DNA of 64,000 nt from Epithemia pelagica. Taxonomy: Eukaryota; Protista; Bacillariophyta. Both the position numbers and the translations under genes were made by a program. Shown here piece after piece: positions 1 to 11,526 of this stretch. The stretch covers positions 1,860,001 to 1,924,000 of the forward strand of contig OX337233.1 of assembly GCA_946965045.2 (NCBI GenBank). The letters run 5' to 3'. Below the pieces are notes generated by a model that saw only the letters and a program-made list of their open reading frames with translations, made no database searches and was not told the origin of the DNA. How positions within the stretch are numbered: position 1 is the first letter of the stretch; each line of letters opens with the position of its first letter.

Positions 1-2373
1 ACGCGTAGACCCATATCTGTATTGACTATTAGAAAAGCCACAATACAGCTGCCAAAGTTCATATCGTTTGCAAGTATGAGGCTGGGCCTTCCCATAAAAA
101 GCGGAGCAAAAGTTCCACCAGAGTAACCAAAAAGCACGGACAAAAAAATGCATGGAACCAGTGCAGCTTTCTGTCCCGATTACGGCCCTTTCGAACTATA
201 ATTGCGGCCTCAATGGCCATTCCAAGTGCGAGGCTTTCATTCGCGTACGGAAAGTCTCCTATCAACAGTTTCTCTACGAAATCCATGATGTTGTACAGAC
301 TATCCTCGATGTTGTAGCACAATTAGACGAGAAAAGAATGCTCCTCAAGAAGCTAAATGCACATTTGGAAGTGTTGGTACGATCTTCCTGTGGAAGGTAC
401 GTCTGAATCCGCTGATGGTTTTGTTCCTCACTACTAGTACAAAAAAACGTTCGTACGTATCTAGGGTTGATCACTCGGTAAGTCTACGTCTTAGCATGTA
501 TGCATTCAAAACGGTTCCCGAGTGATCGCCGAGAAAAGAGAACACAGAAAATATCCTTACTAGCTAGGCTTACGTTGCACTGGATAAGAATATTAAAAGA
601 AAAGAGAGATTACTTTAGGCTGCTCTCTAGAGAGTTGCTGCCTTAGGGAATGTGGTCTAACGTATCACCTCTCACCCCATGAACTTTCATTTTTCCAGCA
701 GAATGTTTCTTTTTCGTATACCTTGCGGGATTCTTACTCTGAAGACAATCTGTCACGACGAAGTCACATGCTTTCGATCGAACCATGTCTTCGACATTCT
801 ACGCGCTCATACTTTACCGTTCGTAGTAGCCTCTAGACTTGCGGACGACTCTAGGTCACGGAAGGCATCTACTGGCAGGCCATACGGATATATGTAGCAA
901 GCATTGCTCATGGAGATCATCGCCTGAGTAGTAATCTTTCATGGCCTTCGGTATGTTGTCGAAGTCATTCTTTCAGCCCCCCCCCCCCCCCCCCCCGTTC
1001 GCCCGCATCTAATGGCTGACAAAAGTTAGAGAATCCAACTTGAAAAAATCTCATCCGTACTGAAATTCAACCTCATGAAGACTAGGTGTCATGCTCATCC
1101 ATGCCAGTGATCGACTAGGAAGAAATCTGGCTTCTATCCACCATAGCCTCAGAAACAGAGGATACGAACGAAAATGCAAAAATGAAGCAAAACAATTTTC
1201 GAATGGAAAAAACCTTCGGAGATAATTAGAGCAGGCTTCCTTTGAAAAAATGTGTAATGGGTAGAGCTTCTGGAAGAGTCACCTTATGGACAGTTTTCTT
1301 TATCACCCAGTTTCGTGGCCTAATGCATCATCCAACTTCCCTACCGAGATCTGCCCTGTTTAGAACGGTAACAGATGTCCACGTCACCCAACGTCGTAAT
1401 TTCTGTCGAAACAACACGAAAACGGCCATTGCACAAAAATGGCGTTCAAAGTTAGCCTGTTTCAGTTTCATAGACCTGATGTGAGTCCATTCCTCGGTGA
1501 TATTGACATCTCATCTTGCTACAGTGAAAGTTACCGACATCATGATCCATTGTCACAACATGAGTCTGATGTCGTTTTATAATCCTCTTGCTGGCCATAA
1601 TGAAAACGACGAGAATGCTGCTGTTGATCCTGTTTATGGAACCCAGAATATTCAAGCTCAGGTTCTTTTGGATGCAACCGAAATGGCGATATGGCGATCA
1701 AGGGCTCAGCATCTCTACGCAGTTAGTCATGATGGATTAACTCAAGGCAAGGAAACTCAAAAAAGAAAGCGAAAACCAAAAAGGCAAATGCCGGTTGCTT
1801 GCGGCGCTTTGAATCCTTTTTTGTTGCAAGATCGATGGAATTCCTCAATGAAGCGCGATATAAACATCGAATCACTGGCCAGTCTCATATCGAGGAAAAC
1901 GCCTTGGTGAAACCAAAGGAATCACCCGGGAGACCCAATAAACAAACGGAGCTGTACTGGTTTCTCAATCTATGTTGTTCAATAATTGATGGAATACAGA
2001 GGTAGAATAAGTCAAGCTTATAATGGCAAAGAGTCGTCGCCTTGATGTTGTGCAAACTATACCTAGGCAGCAACGTACCTGATACCTGATGCCTGTTCAA
2101 GCGTACAGACCATGGTGACAGACAGTATGCCTAAAGGTCTGCCCGCGTAAGTTATTTAGGCTTGCTAGCTTCCCAATCGAGCAACCAAAGAAAGAAAAGA
2201 TAAACATATATTCTAATTCAAATGCGGCGTGTCCCAGCAGTCCGCGGCACCACCTGCTCACGGTCTGTCCTTTTATCCGTCCGTTCCACCTTGCGACTTG
2301 CGAATCGAGCGAGTCATGCTTATTTTGCGGAATTGATGGAGACCAAAACCAAAGACGACGCCAACGAGGCACC

Positions 2374-3447
2374 ATGAAGATCACAATCGTTGACGATGAG
2401 GGTAACACACTAAAGAAGAGGATGGTATGCACGGAAGAGGGTTTCCAAGCACTTCTCGATAAGTACCAGGTGTCATGGTTGGTGAACGATGACGGGTTCG
2501 AAGTTACACTTTTCGAAGACCTTCAAGAAGGCACATACACACTAGGCGACAAGATTGCCGAAACAATAGATCTCGAACTTTCCCTGAAGAGCAGGAAAAA
2601 GGCTCTCAATGTGTCGTTGAAGGAGGGTGAACAGACAATAGACGACTTGGAACAATTGACTCGAGCCAATTTTGGTATTCCTCTAGCACGGGTTGAGTTC
2701 ACTCTTCCGCATAACGTTCCATTGGACAGCGATGCTAAGCTGCAGGAGATCCCTAAAAAGGTTCCAATGAAGGTGGAAGTATCGGTGACACGAGTTGGTT
2801 TCTCCAGCATCTTGACAGTCAAAGATGCACTCAAATTGCTGGGCCAAAGGGGAGACAGCATTCCGATCGACAACAATGCTTTTCCGCAACAGGCAAATAT
2901 CGATCAAGACAGTGGAGAAATTCTTCATGCTGTGTCTACTCTTGAACGGCTTCAAACTGTTGTGCCACTCCCTCAGGGCTGCGAAGCCACACGTCGACTC
3001 TATATCGATCCCATTCTTCTTGCTTCAGCTCGTTTAGCCGGTGATGTGTTGATGCAAGTGGAGAAGATGTATGAAAGCAAGGATGTTCATGGTCCCATTG
3101 ACTATGTTTTCAAGTTTGGTGAGCAGACGATTTGCGTTACAGAAGGAAAAAAGGATGACATTGATGGAGGTGTAATTCAAAACGTTGCCCAACTTTCAGC
3201 TGTTTCTGACGATCGCAAGCGCAAATTGTCAGAGATCTCGCAAGACGAGGGGGAGGAGCAACCAATCTATGGAATTGCTACAACGTACCTGAACTGGTCG
3301 TTTTTGGTGCTCAGAAATGGTAAGATTGCTCAAAGCAACATTCACTGTATCAGAGACGGTGAGAAGACGGACGTTTGTGATATTGTAGGAAGAATTGTAG
3401 CGATTTTGTTAAGTGGCAAAGGTAAAGGAGAAAAGAATGCAGAATAA
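2374..3447 (+). CDS. Crinkler(CRN)-like protein: N-terminal header/ubiquitin-like domains plus C-terminal PD-(D/E)xK restriction-endonuclease-like domain
   Basis: 357 aa ATG ORF. C-terminal motifs EATRRLYIDPIL, HGPIDYVF, VTEGKK, QNVAQL and IYGIATT..W.F resemble CR-REase domains. Confidence 0.65.
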   Translation: MKITIVDDEGNTLKKRMVCTEEGFQALLDKYQVSWLVNDDGFEVTLFEDLQEGTYTLGDKIAETIDLELSLKSRKKALNVSLKEGEQTIDDLEQLTRANFGIPLARVEFTLPHNVPLDSDAKLQEIPKKVPMKVEVSVTRVGFSSILTVKDALKLLGQRGDSIPIDNNAFPQQANIDQDSGEILHAVSTLERLQTVVPLPQGCEATRRLYIDPILLASARLAGDVLMQVEKMYESKDVHGPIDYVFKFGEQTICVTEGKKDDIDGGVIQNVAQLSAVSDDRKRKLSEISQDEGEEQPIYGIATTYLNWSFLVLRNGKIAQSNIHCIRDGEKTDVCDIVGRIVAILLSGKGKGEKNAE

Positions 3448-3779
3448 CTTTTCAGAGGCAACTAACATATGATTGTAAACACCTTCCAACCAACGTGTTG
3501 ACTAGTCGGCCTCAAGGGATTCATTGTTGGAGAGAACAGCACCTTGCGCCCGGTTGTCCTGCGCACAAAGCGACGCAGTGTCCCGAACGCGCGCTCGCGA
3601 CGGATGACCTTATTCGAATCCCAGCACTTCCAGGCTGGGAGGCTTTGGCTGGGGCCCACCTGAAATCCTTTGGCACGAGGAGGGGCACCGATTTCGTCCT
3701 CTTGCTTGTCGTACATCGCGCTTGCTGCTGCCTGTCGTATTTGTCCCACTCTGCGTCTTTTTTCTACTATACCTGCTGA

Positions 3780-3953
3780 TGCTGAATCAAACATACTTTC
3801 CATGTTAGTCGCCCGTGAGACATCCCAAGTCATTAAAGGACAATTGAATGATTCAGCGTAATAGAACATATAGCTCATGTCATACACATTTGATACATTC
3901 CAAGTGCTAATGTCTTGGTTAAAGTCATATGCTCAGTGAAACATGCTTTCCAT
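3780..3953 (-). pseudogene. BspA/DUF285-type surface-repeat fragment
   Basis: Minus strand reads MESMFH*AYDFNQDISTWNVSNVYDMSYMFYYAESFNCPLMTWDVSRATNMESMF. In-frame TGA at 3935-3933; only about two repeats, with no intact gene around them. Confidence 0.75.
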
Positions 3954-4681
3954 GTTCCATATGTAATGACCGTGAAGTGTAAAGAAGGGTACATTCAATA
4001 GCCTCGCTACGAAGCAACACCAAAGCTACGAAGCAACACAGAAAGAAGACCAACAAAATGGGTTTGATGGCGCGATTCGTCAAGTGGAGAGCTGCTCGCA
4101 AGGCCAGGCGTGCCAGGAAGAGTGTCATTGGACGCTAGAGAAGCCAAACAATCTCAAGTTGTGGAGCCACAAGCGAAGACAGTGCAAATACATTCTCAAA
4201 GTTACATCACCATGTTATGGTCGACTATGCATGAATTCATTGGTTACACGACATTGGAAAAGGCATATCATACTTGAATTAATCCTACGTAAAGAAAAAC
4301 AGAGTCCGTAAAGAAAGTTGCTAGAAAATGAGCACAGCACAACCTTTGTGAAGGGTTTCAACCCTATCCTTACTTTATGGCCATTGGTAGCATATGGACA
4401 TCGAAGTGATACATTGGTTCTTCTCTAGTCTGAAGAAGATCCACAATTGCTTTGTTTGTGAGTTTCATGGGTAACATCGGTCGAGACAACCTATTGTACG
4501 ACGCGACTCTCCTCTAGCTAGTCTATCTATTAGGAGTAACTATTAATCCCACGAATTGACCAATCTGCTTGAGCTGCTTTAATCCCGTCATTTCACATGT
4601 CAGCGCTGTGAAAGAGAACGATATGTTGTTGATCGCAAAACCATACAATCTGAAGAACAGAGGGAAAACGATAAACAAAAC

Positions 4682-5331
4682 ATGCAATTTAAACTTTTTG
4701 GAACAGGCAAACGTCAGCAACAAGAACTCCAAAAAAGCAGCCACCATGCTCCTCCGGCCACGAAACAAACCATTGAGCTAGGAACCATTCACTACGTGAA
4801 TCTGACTCCAGATGGGCGCCACGGAGACTTTCATCGCGCCCTTCGCCTAGCTAAGGAAACTGGAAAGCCTATTTTTGCAAATTTTGTCGAATGGTCTGGA
4901 TGTAAGGCAAGTAAAATTATATCTATGTCAAAGAACCATGCAGATCGGGTTGATTTCTAATACCAAGCACTGTCGGATTTTTAACTCTTCGTTTACATCG
5001 ACGGGAGTAGGGTTGTCAGGATGCAGGAGAGTATATTTTCAGTGATCCTGCCATTCAGCGCATAGCGGAAACCTATTTTGTTCCATGTGCTTTCAATACA
5101 TGGGACCGGTACGATCACAAGCATAATGATGCCATGCGTCGATGGGCGGGTCCATTGAAACAGAGTGATTGGGGATACCTTCGTTTAATTTCCAGTGATG
5201 GCAAGACAATCTTGGCCGGAACCTCTCAAATCACATCTGGTCGCCGTGCGGAAGCAGTGCAGGTAAAACACGCACTACGACAAGCTCTTGTTCAATTGGG
5301 TGTTGATGATTTACCACACGAACTACTTTGA
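4682..5331 (+). CDS. Thioredoxin-fold CxxC protein (resembles the bacterial VPG-U/C-xx family); two exons, GC-AG intron 4907-5010
   Basis: Exon 1 ELGTIHY...ALRLAKETGKPIFANFVEWSGCK joins in phase to exon 2 GCQDAGEYIFSDP..AETYFVPCAFN. Donor AAG|GCAAGT, acceptor TAG at 5008-5010. Confidence 0.75.
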
Positions 5332-5521
5332 AGACCAAAACCTACTAAACTCTGATCTCGGTCACAGATTTTTCCTGGGTGATAATTAGGTTCAACAACA
5401 AATGTTTTGCGAGGACTCTTACATGTTACAAAACATGGAAAAAGGAAAGGAGGAGAGTTGGACTTGGGAGCATTCAAAATACAACAATCTAAACACGGGC
5501 CAATTCAAATTGTCTTCTTCA

Positions 5522-6499
5522 TCATGAATATATAATGCCAGCAGTGTAGCCCGCCGAGTCAGTCTTCCACGTTGACTCGGCTCTACGAACCGAGCCACTT
5601 TGATCTTGGAACGTCAGGTGTCGAGAAGTATGAACCCCGTGCACATCTGTTTCTTCAACTATTGATTCGAAACGACTCTCAAGTCCTCGTCTTATTCCAG
5701 TAGTTGATTGCTTCTGAGACAAGAAATCACACGCATCTGATTCAAGATCAAAAATGAGAGTTCGGTTGTCTTTCTGTCCTTGCAGTACAACATGCGTTTC
5801 GTTCTGTGATGCGCCTGAGCGGGAAATTTCCATTAGCTCCACTGAAAGTCTATTCCCATCCGTAGATTGCATTAACAGGGTGGTTGTGATTCCATCACAA
5901 TTGTTCTGATAAGCAGCAGAAAGTTCTCTTGTGGTGACACATATCAGTGTGCTAGTCGCATTATCATCACTGGCGTAAACATGGGCATGTAATGTATTCC
6001 CAGCTCCTTGCATAACAATCGTTTTGGAAGATTCTCCCTTAACAATCATACGTCCAGAACTTTCTTCCACAGACGTATCTTTTGCGAGTCGTGCTGCTGC
6101 AAAGGCAGTCCCCAAATTGGAAAGCCCCAGTATCACCACCGTGACAACTAATCCAATGAGGTAATTTCGTAGAGTCATATTCGCTTCTCGAATAGTCATA
6201 GTTTGTTCAACCACTTGTGCCACTTGAGCATTTGTCAAATAGCCACGATTTTCGCTATCCATCTCTCTCATCTGCATTTCAGCATCCGAAAGGAAACCCT
6301 TATTTCCAACATCGTATTGACGAGAGATCGCAGACAACTTAGGTTGAGGTTTGCCATCAGCCGAAAGTGGAGGCAAAGACATGGATTTGAGCGCTTCGAG
6401 TTGTGGTGCCTTCGAAAAGCTCATAGAGCTTCCACAGCTTCCCTCTTCGTCAGGCTTGGGCGATGGAATCTCAGTCGGTGTCATGGTCTCTTTCATCAC
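5522..6499 (-). CDS. Hypothetical membrane protein with two EF-hand-like loops and one TM helix
   Basis: 325 aa ORF with DVGNKGFL and DSENRGYL loops followed by hydrophobic LIGLVVTVVILGL. Confidence 0.6.
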   Translation of the reverse strand: MMKETMTPTEIPSPKPDEEGSCGSSMSFSKAPQLEALKSMSLPPLSADGKPQPKLSAISRQYDVGNKGFLSDAEMQMREMDSENRGYLTNAQVAQVVEQTMTIREANMTLRNYLIGLVVTVVILGLSNLGTAFAAARLAKDTSVEESSGRMIVKGESSKTIVMQGAGNTLHAHVYASDDNATSTLICVTTRELSAAYQNNCDGITTTLLMQSTDGNRLSVELMEISRSGASQNETHVVLQGQKDNRTLIFDLESDACDFLSQKQSTTGIRRGLESRFESIVEETDVHGVHTSRHLTFQDQSGSVRRAESTWKTDSAGYTAGIIYS

Positions 6500-6732
6500 A
6501 GCTCTACGTCCTCTACGATCTGCTCTATCGTTAATTCTGTGTTCTCATGGTTCTTCCAGTTGGTGTGCTCCTGCGAGGTCACAGAGATGCGCGCGCGTTT
6601 TGGAGTCACAATCTAGCGCTATCACCTTAAACCACTGTCAGGACATTAACCCCAGTCCCCAATTCCGATTCCATCTATTGCGCGGGGTAGTATTGAGAAA
6701 GAATGCAGGCACTTTGCACGAGGTACTCGAAT

Positions 6733-6871
6733 TTGATGTTGTGTGTGGACGACAGACGGACTGTGCACGGGCTCGCGCGCACGCCGTGTCACACACTCTT
6801 CCTTTTCTTCCTTGTGCCTGGTCTCATTCTTTCTTGCCGTCGCGAGAGACCGTTCGATAGAATAGATTAAG
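6733..6871 (+). repeat. Split direct repeat A1 of element 1 (139 bp)
   Basis: Identical to 12583-12721. Confidence 0.97.
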
Positions 6872-6877
6872 ATCACC

Positions 6878-8986
6878 ATGGCGTCACCACCGGCTCCAAC
6901 GCCTCCGGCGGCCCCTCTCAACTATGCTACGCGCTATGACGGTCAACGGGACGCCTTCAACGGGCGCTACACCGCCCTCTACGCGAACTACCACGCTACC
7001 ACTGGCCTTTCTTCCGAGGAACTCTTCGAAACGGTCGTCTCTTCCGCACAAAACATTCCGAAAGTCTTCCTTGCCCAAGTTTCCATCAAAGGTGACCAGC
7101 GCATCGTCTCCGTGCACCGCCCCTCGAAGTATGAAGCGGATTTGGCATCACCAGCTTCGGACTGGGATGGACAAGTGATCGCGTTCATGGGTGACATCCG
7201 ACGCGGCAGCAACTTCATCAAAACGGTCACGCTTCAGCATGACATTTTCACCTCAACAGATTCGCAACGGGTACCGACCTTGGAGACTATGGACGACCTT
7301 TGGAAGGCCGACTACGCCAAAGAACTACTGGATCGTGTCGCCTCCTCCGACCGGGCTAGCGAGTCGATCTCCACTCGCCATGTCATTCCTGTTCCACCGC
7401 CCTACGTACCATTGGTTTTTGGGAAGGTCCTGACCCCACGTGAAGCATGGACCTTGTTGAGCACTGCCATTACCACCGACGCCCGCACGGCCGCCTGTCG
7501 CCCCCTCCTGGACTGGCTCAGAGTCGCCTCCACCTCACGCCGCTCTCCCACCGAACCGGCCACGGCCCTGGGCGATCTCAACGATGCCTTTCCCCCTGTC
7601 ACGGATGACAGCCAAATCGACCGCCATCGCTGGAATATCATTGTCCGCGATCTACCGGCCCTGGGTCCCTTAGCCGCGTCCACCAACAACAGCCCGTCTA
7701 CCGCTGCTGGCCAACAACAATTGATCGACTTCCTGACCGCTCTCAAAGCCGACCGGGCCGCCGAACGGGCCCAGGACGAGGCGAGACGCGCCGCTGATAA
7801 GACCGACAAACTGCCATCAGCCACCAAATACAAAACCATCGCACGTGACTGGATGGCCTTTTGTTCGGTCGCAGATGAATCCGATCTTCCGCCAATCTAC
7901 ATCCAACTTGTGAACGCGGATAAAGGCGAGCATCTCGCCTTACTTCGCAATGCCATCCAAGAACGGGCACGCCACCCGGATGCCGCCACATCGCACACGC
8001 CAATCGTTGCAAAAGAAACAAAAGAAATGGTGCTTGCCGCTCGATTCGGCGTCGAACCACACTTGGTCAGCGACCTCTCCCTTGGCCTACAACCCTTTGC
8101 TCTCGGACTTTTCCTCGGCGACGAGCTAAGTAAGACCATTGATCTACGGGCAACCAACTACGAGACTATGCTCCAGGGAATCTCCGCTCCTACCTTGGGT
8201 GAGCAAGCGACCTTCTCCACCAAGGAGATCCGCATCCCGCAAGACCCATTCACCGCGGGCATGATGCTGTGTTCCACCAGCGTCCAACTCGACGTCCTGC
8301 AAGGACCACACCATGCCTTCGCCACGGCCTTTCGCCATTTCTGCCTCAAGCAATGGCCTTCCATCGCCACGACTATCCACATGTCGTCCCGCTACAACTC
8401 CGCCTTGGCCAAGTCTGTCATCCCGCGCATTCTCCGCTGGGTGCAAACCCACATGGTTACCTACGCCCACCAACTGATGCGCAACAACGGCTCTCTGAGT
8501 ACACCGCTGCCTCCTTTCTCCGAGCTCCTCAGTTTGATTTCCTTGCAGCAATTCCACATGCTTCCGGAACTCCCCGATTCGTACCGTCTGCTACCAGCCG
8601 ATACCCCTCTCTCCGGCCCCAAGCCCGCACCACCGACTCGCTCCGACCACAACGGCTCCCCTCCCCAGCAGTCCTCCGACTCCAACACCAAACAAAAGTC
8701 TGCCACCAACAACGGCCGCGGCGGCTCCCTTGTCACGAATCCCCACGTCAACGCCGAGTGGAAGCAGCGCCTCGAGTCCTCGTCCAAACGCATCCGCGAC
8801 ATCAGCAGCAAAGCCCCCGCCTCCACTGACACCGATGACAAAGGCCAACCATTACCCGTCTGCCTCAGCTACCACCTCCGCGGCCACTGTTACACCAGCT
8901 GTAACCGCCTCAAGACGCACCGCCCTCTTTCCGAACAAGAGACGGCCGCCGTCGCGACGTTGGTCGCGGAGCAACTCCACGAATAG
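6878..8986 (+). CDS. Gag-like ORF1 of element 1 with C-terminal CCCH zinc finger
   Basis: 702 aa. ATG lies 6 bp after A1. CLSYHLRGHCYTSCNRLKTH near the C-terminus. Confidence 0.88.
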   Translation: MASPPAPTPPAAPLNYATRYDGQRDAFNGRYTALYANYHATTGLSSEELFETVVSSAQNIPKVFLAQVSIKGDQRIVSVHRPSKYEADLASPASDWDGQVIAFMGDIRRGSNFIKTVTLQHDIFTSTDSQRVPTLETMDDLWKADYAKELLDRVASSDRASESISTRHVIPVPPPYVPLVFGKVLTPREAWTLLSTAITTDARTAACRPLLDWLRVASTSRRSPTEPATALGDLNDAFPPVTDDSQIDRHRWNIIVRDLPALGPLAASTNNSPSTAAGQQQLIDFLTALKADRAAERAQDEARRAADKTDKLPSATKYKTIARDWMAFCSVADESDLPPIYIQLVNADKGEHLALLRNAIQERARHPDAATSHTPIVAKETKEMVLAARFGVEPHLVSDLSLGLQPFALGLFLGDELSKTIDLRATNYETMLQGISAPTLGEQATFSTKEIRIPQDPFTAGMMLCSTSVQLDVLQGPHHAFATAFRHFCLKQWPSIATTIHMSSRYNSALAKSVIPRILRWVQTHMVTYAHQLMRNNGSLSTPLPPFSELLSLISLQQFHMLPELPDSYRLLPADTPLSGPKPAPPTRSDHNGSPPQQSSDSNTKQKSATNNGRGGSLVTNPHVNAEWKQRLESSSKRIRDISSKAPASTDTDDKGQPLPVCLSYHLRGHCYTSCNRLKTHRPLSEQETAAVATLVAEQLHE

Positions 8987-11526
8987 GGGTGTGGCCAAGA
9001 TGCCGACCGTGCTCACAAGCGTGCACGCCTCTCCATCTCTAGGCCACCTACAACTTACCCGTCCCCCGTCGCCCATTCGTTACCTCCCCATCCCCCTTCG
9101 ATCCCACACAACGACCTTTCCACGAACCCCGCCACGGACACCTATGACAGCGACCTCGGTAAGTTAGTAGCAAAACATTCTGCCTTACTCTCGTCCCTTC
9201 CCTGGGTAGATTTCGTACATCACGTCCGTGGCCGATCGTGCATCGCCCCCCTTATCTCCAAAGTGCCGCATCGAGCTGCTCCACTATTGGACGAATTTCG
9301 ACGCGCCGGCGTCCCCGTCCTCTCTACCGACACTGAATGGCCCACCAACCTCCGTCACATGGCCAAACAACGCGGCTGTCACAAGAGTGCCTTCGAATTC
9401 AAGGACTTCCTATACGACGACATGGCCGACATGGTCCGCCGTGGCTACTGGGTGGTTTTGCCTTTCTCTTCTGTGCAACACCTACCAAACCTACGCATCT
9501 CTCCGATCGGTTGCGTACCCCAACGCGAACGTCGCCCCCGCATCATCGTTGACTACACGTACAGTGGAGTCAACGCCACCACCGATCGCCGCTCTCACAG
9601 CGAAGCCATGCAGTTTGGCGGCACCCTTAAACGAATCCTACAACAAATTTATTCTGCGAAACCCCGCTACGGCCCGGTCTTCCTATTGAAGATCGATCTC
9701 TCGGACGGCTTCTATCGGGTACCACTCTCCGCGGATCACGTGCCCCGTCTTGGCGTCATTCTTCCCCCTCCCTCGGCTGGTTCCGACGATCTCATCGCCT
9801 TCCCCCTCACCCTCCCCATGGGGTGGACCGAAAGCCCGGCCCAGTTCACTTCATTCACCGAAACGGTCGCCGACCTCGCAAACCAACTCATGACCACTGT
9901 TGCGTGGGACCCTCCCCCACATCCACTCGAAGGTCTCGCCAGCACGGCCCCATCCTCCGACGATTCCCCTCATCCCGTCATCTCCTTGCCCACACCACCA
10001 CAGGCACGGCGCTCCGTCCCCCGGCTCACCAACCAACAACTGCTCGACGTCGTCCCCCGTCACCAACCGACTTCCATCTTCGTCAAATACAACCCCGGAC
10101 CGCTTGCCTATACGGATGTGTACTTGGATGACGAAATCCTCGCCGCCCAAGGCTCCCGCCCCCGCCTGAACCGCCTTCGTCGCACCCTGTTACATTGCAA
10201 CGACCTCGTGTTCCGTCCAAATGACAACCACCCCGATGACCGCGACCGTCGCGAACCAATCTCTACCAAAAAATTGCTCAGAGGCGACGCCTGTTGGTCC
10301 ACCCGCAAAACCGTCCTCGGCTGGATCATCGACACCGTCCAACAGACCTTGACCTTGCCCACCCATCGCCGCACGAAACTCCTCGCCACCATCGACTCCA
10401 TGCTGGCGTCTACCTCTGTTCCCATCCGTGACTGGCAACAACTACTTGGCCAACTCCGCAGCATGATCTTGGGCATTCCTGGCGGTCGTGGCCTCTTCTC
10501 TCAACTACAGGTCGCCCTCGCCGATGCCCACCACTCTCACGTCGTCCTCCTCACTCCGCCAGTCCTCGACCAACTCGCTGATGTCCGTGTCCTGGCCTCC
10601 GACCTCGCCAATCGACCCACTCGCATTGCCGAAGTCGTCCAACAAACACCCTCCTTCGTTGGCACATGTGATGCTAGCCTGCTGGGTATGGGTGGCGTCT
10701 AGCTGCCGCCATCCTCCCCTTCTCTACGCCATCCTCCACACCCTCCCATAGTTTGGCGTGTCCCCATTCCGCCCGAGCTTCGTCCCCACCTCCAAACCCC
10801 CTACGACCCCGACGGCACCATAACCATCAACGACCTCGAAATGGCCGCCTCCTTGCTCCATGCCGACACATTGGCATCCGCCTGCGACATCCGCGAAACA
10901 ACCCTCGCCACAGGCTCCGACAACACGTGCGCCGTCGCCTGGAATCACCGGGGCAGTGTCACCACCACCGGCCCAGCGGCCTACCTCCTACGCCTTGCCA
11001 GCCTCCATCAACGACACCACCGCTACCAGCACGTGGTTACCTATCTACCCGGGAACCAGATCTCCTTGCCGACGACGCTTCCCGTTTCGTCACATACTCT
11101 GACACCGCCCTTCTCACCCACTTTGACACTGCATATCCACAGATCGAACCTTGGCAGCTTCACCACCCAAACAGCGAAACTCTTTCCTCCGTGATCTCTG
11201 CACTGCTCGGGAAACGGCACGTCACTCCGTTTCAGCCAGCCGTGCCGCCGCCCAAGACCGTATTTGGTCCGCAACGTGGACACCCTTCTGTCACTCGCTC
11301 CAGCTTGACCCCCTACTCGCAACGCACCAAGACAAGATCCCAATTCTTCAAGTGTTCGCAACCCGCATCCGCGACGGCCGCTGTAGTCGCAGCGGCCAAC
11401 CGGTCAAAGCTGACACCGTTGCTGACGACCTACTCGCAGTTGCAAAAACGTTTATCGCACTGGGGGCCCAAGACCCGCGCCTCAACACCTTCGGATCCAT
11501 CGATCTCCGCCTCTCCCAGCAACTAA
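8987..11526 (+). pseudogene. Pol (RT + RNase H) of element 1, disrupted
   Basis: Open in the gag frame from 8987. RT motifs KIDLSDGFY, LPMGWTESP, YLDD. RNase H motifs CDAS, NDLE, SDN, LADDASR. TAG at 10700-10702 sits where GMGGVW has Trp. A 1 bp frameshift near 11060 splits YLPGNQ from (N)LLADDASR. Confidence 0.9.

Noticed and set aside
977-996. C20 homopolymer followed by AT-rich sequence resembling a transposon end
   Set aside because: No matching inverted end, TSD or transposase found in the window.
59-2100. Short ORFs (152-406, 1497-1910, 1799-2005)
   Set aside because: No recognisable motifs; may be degraded fragments but cannot be supported.
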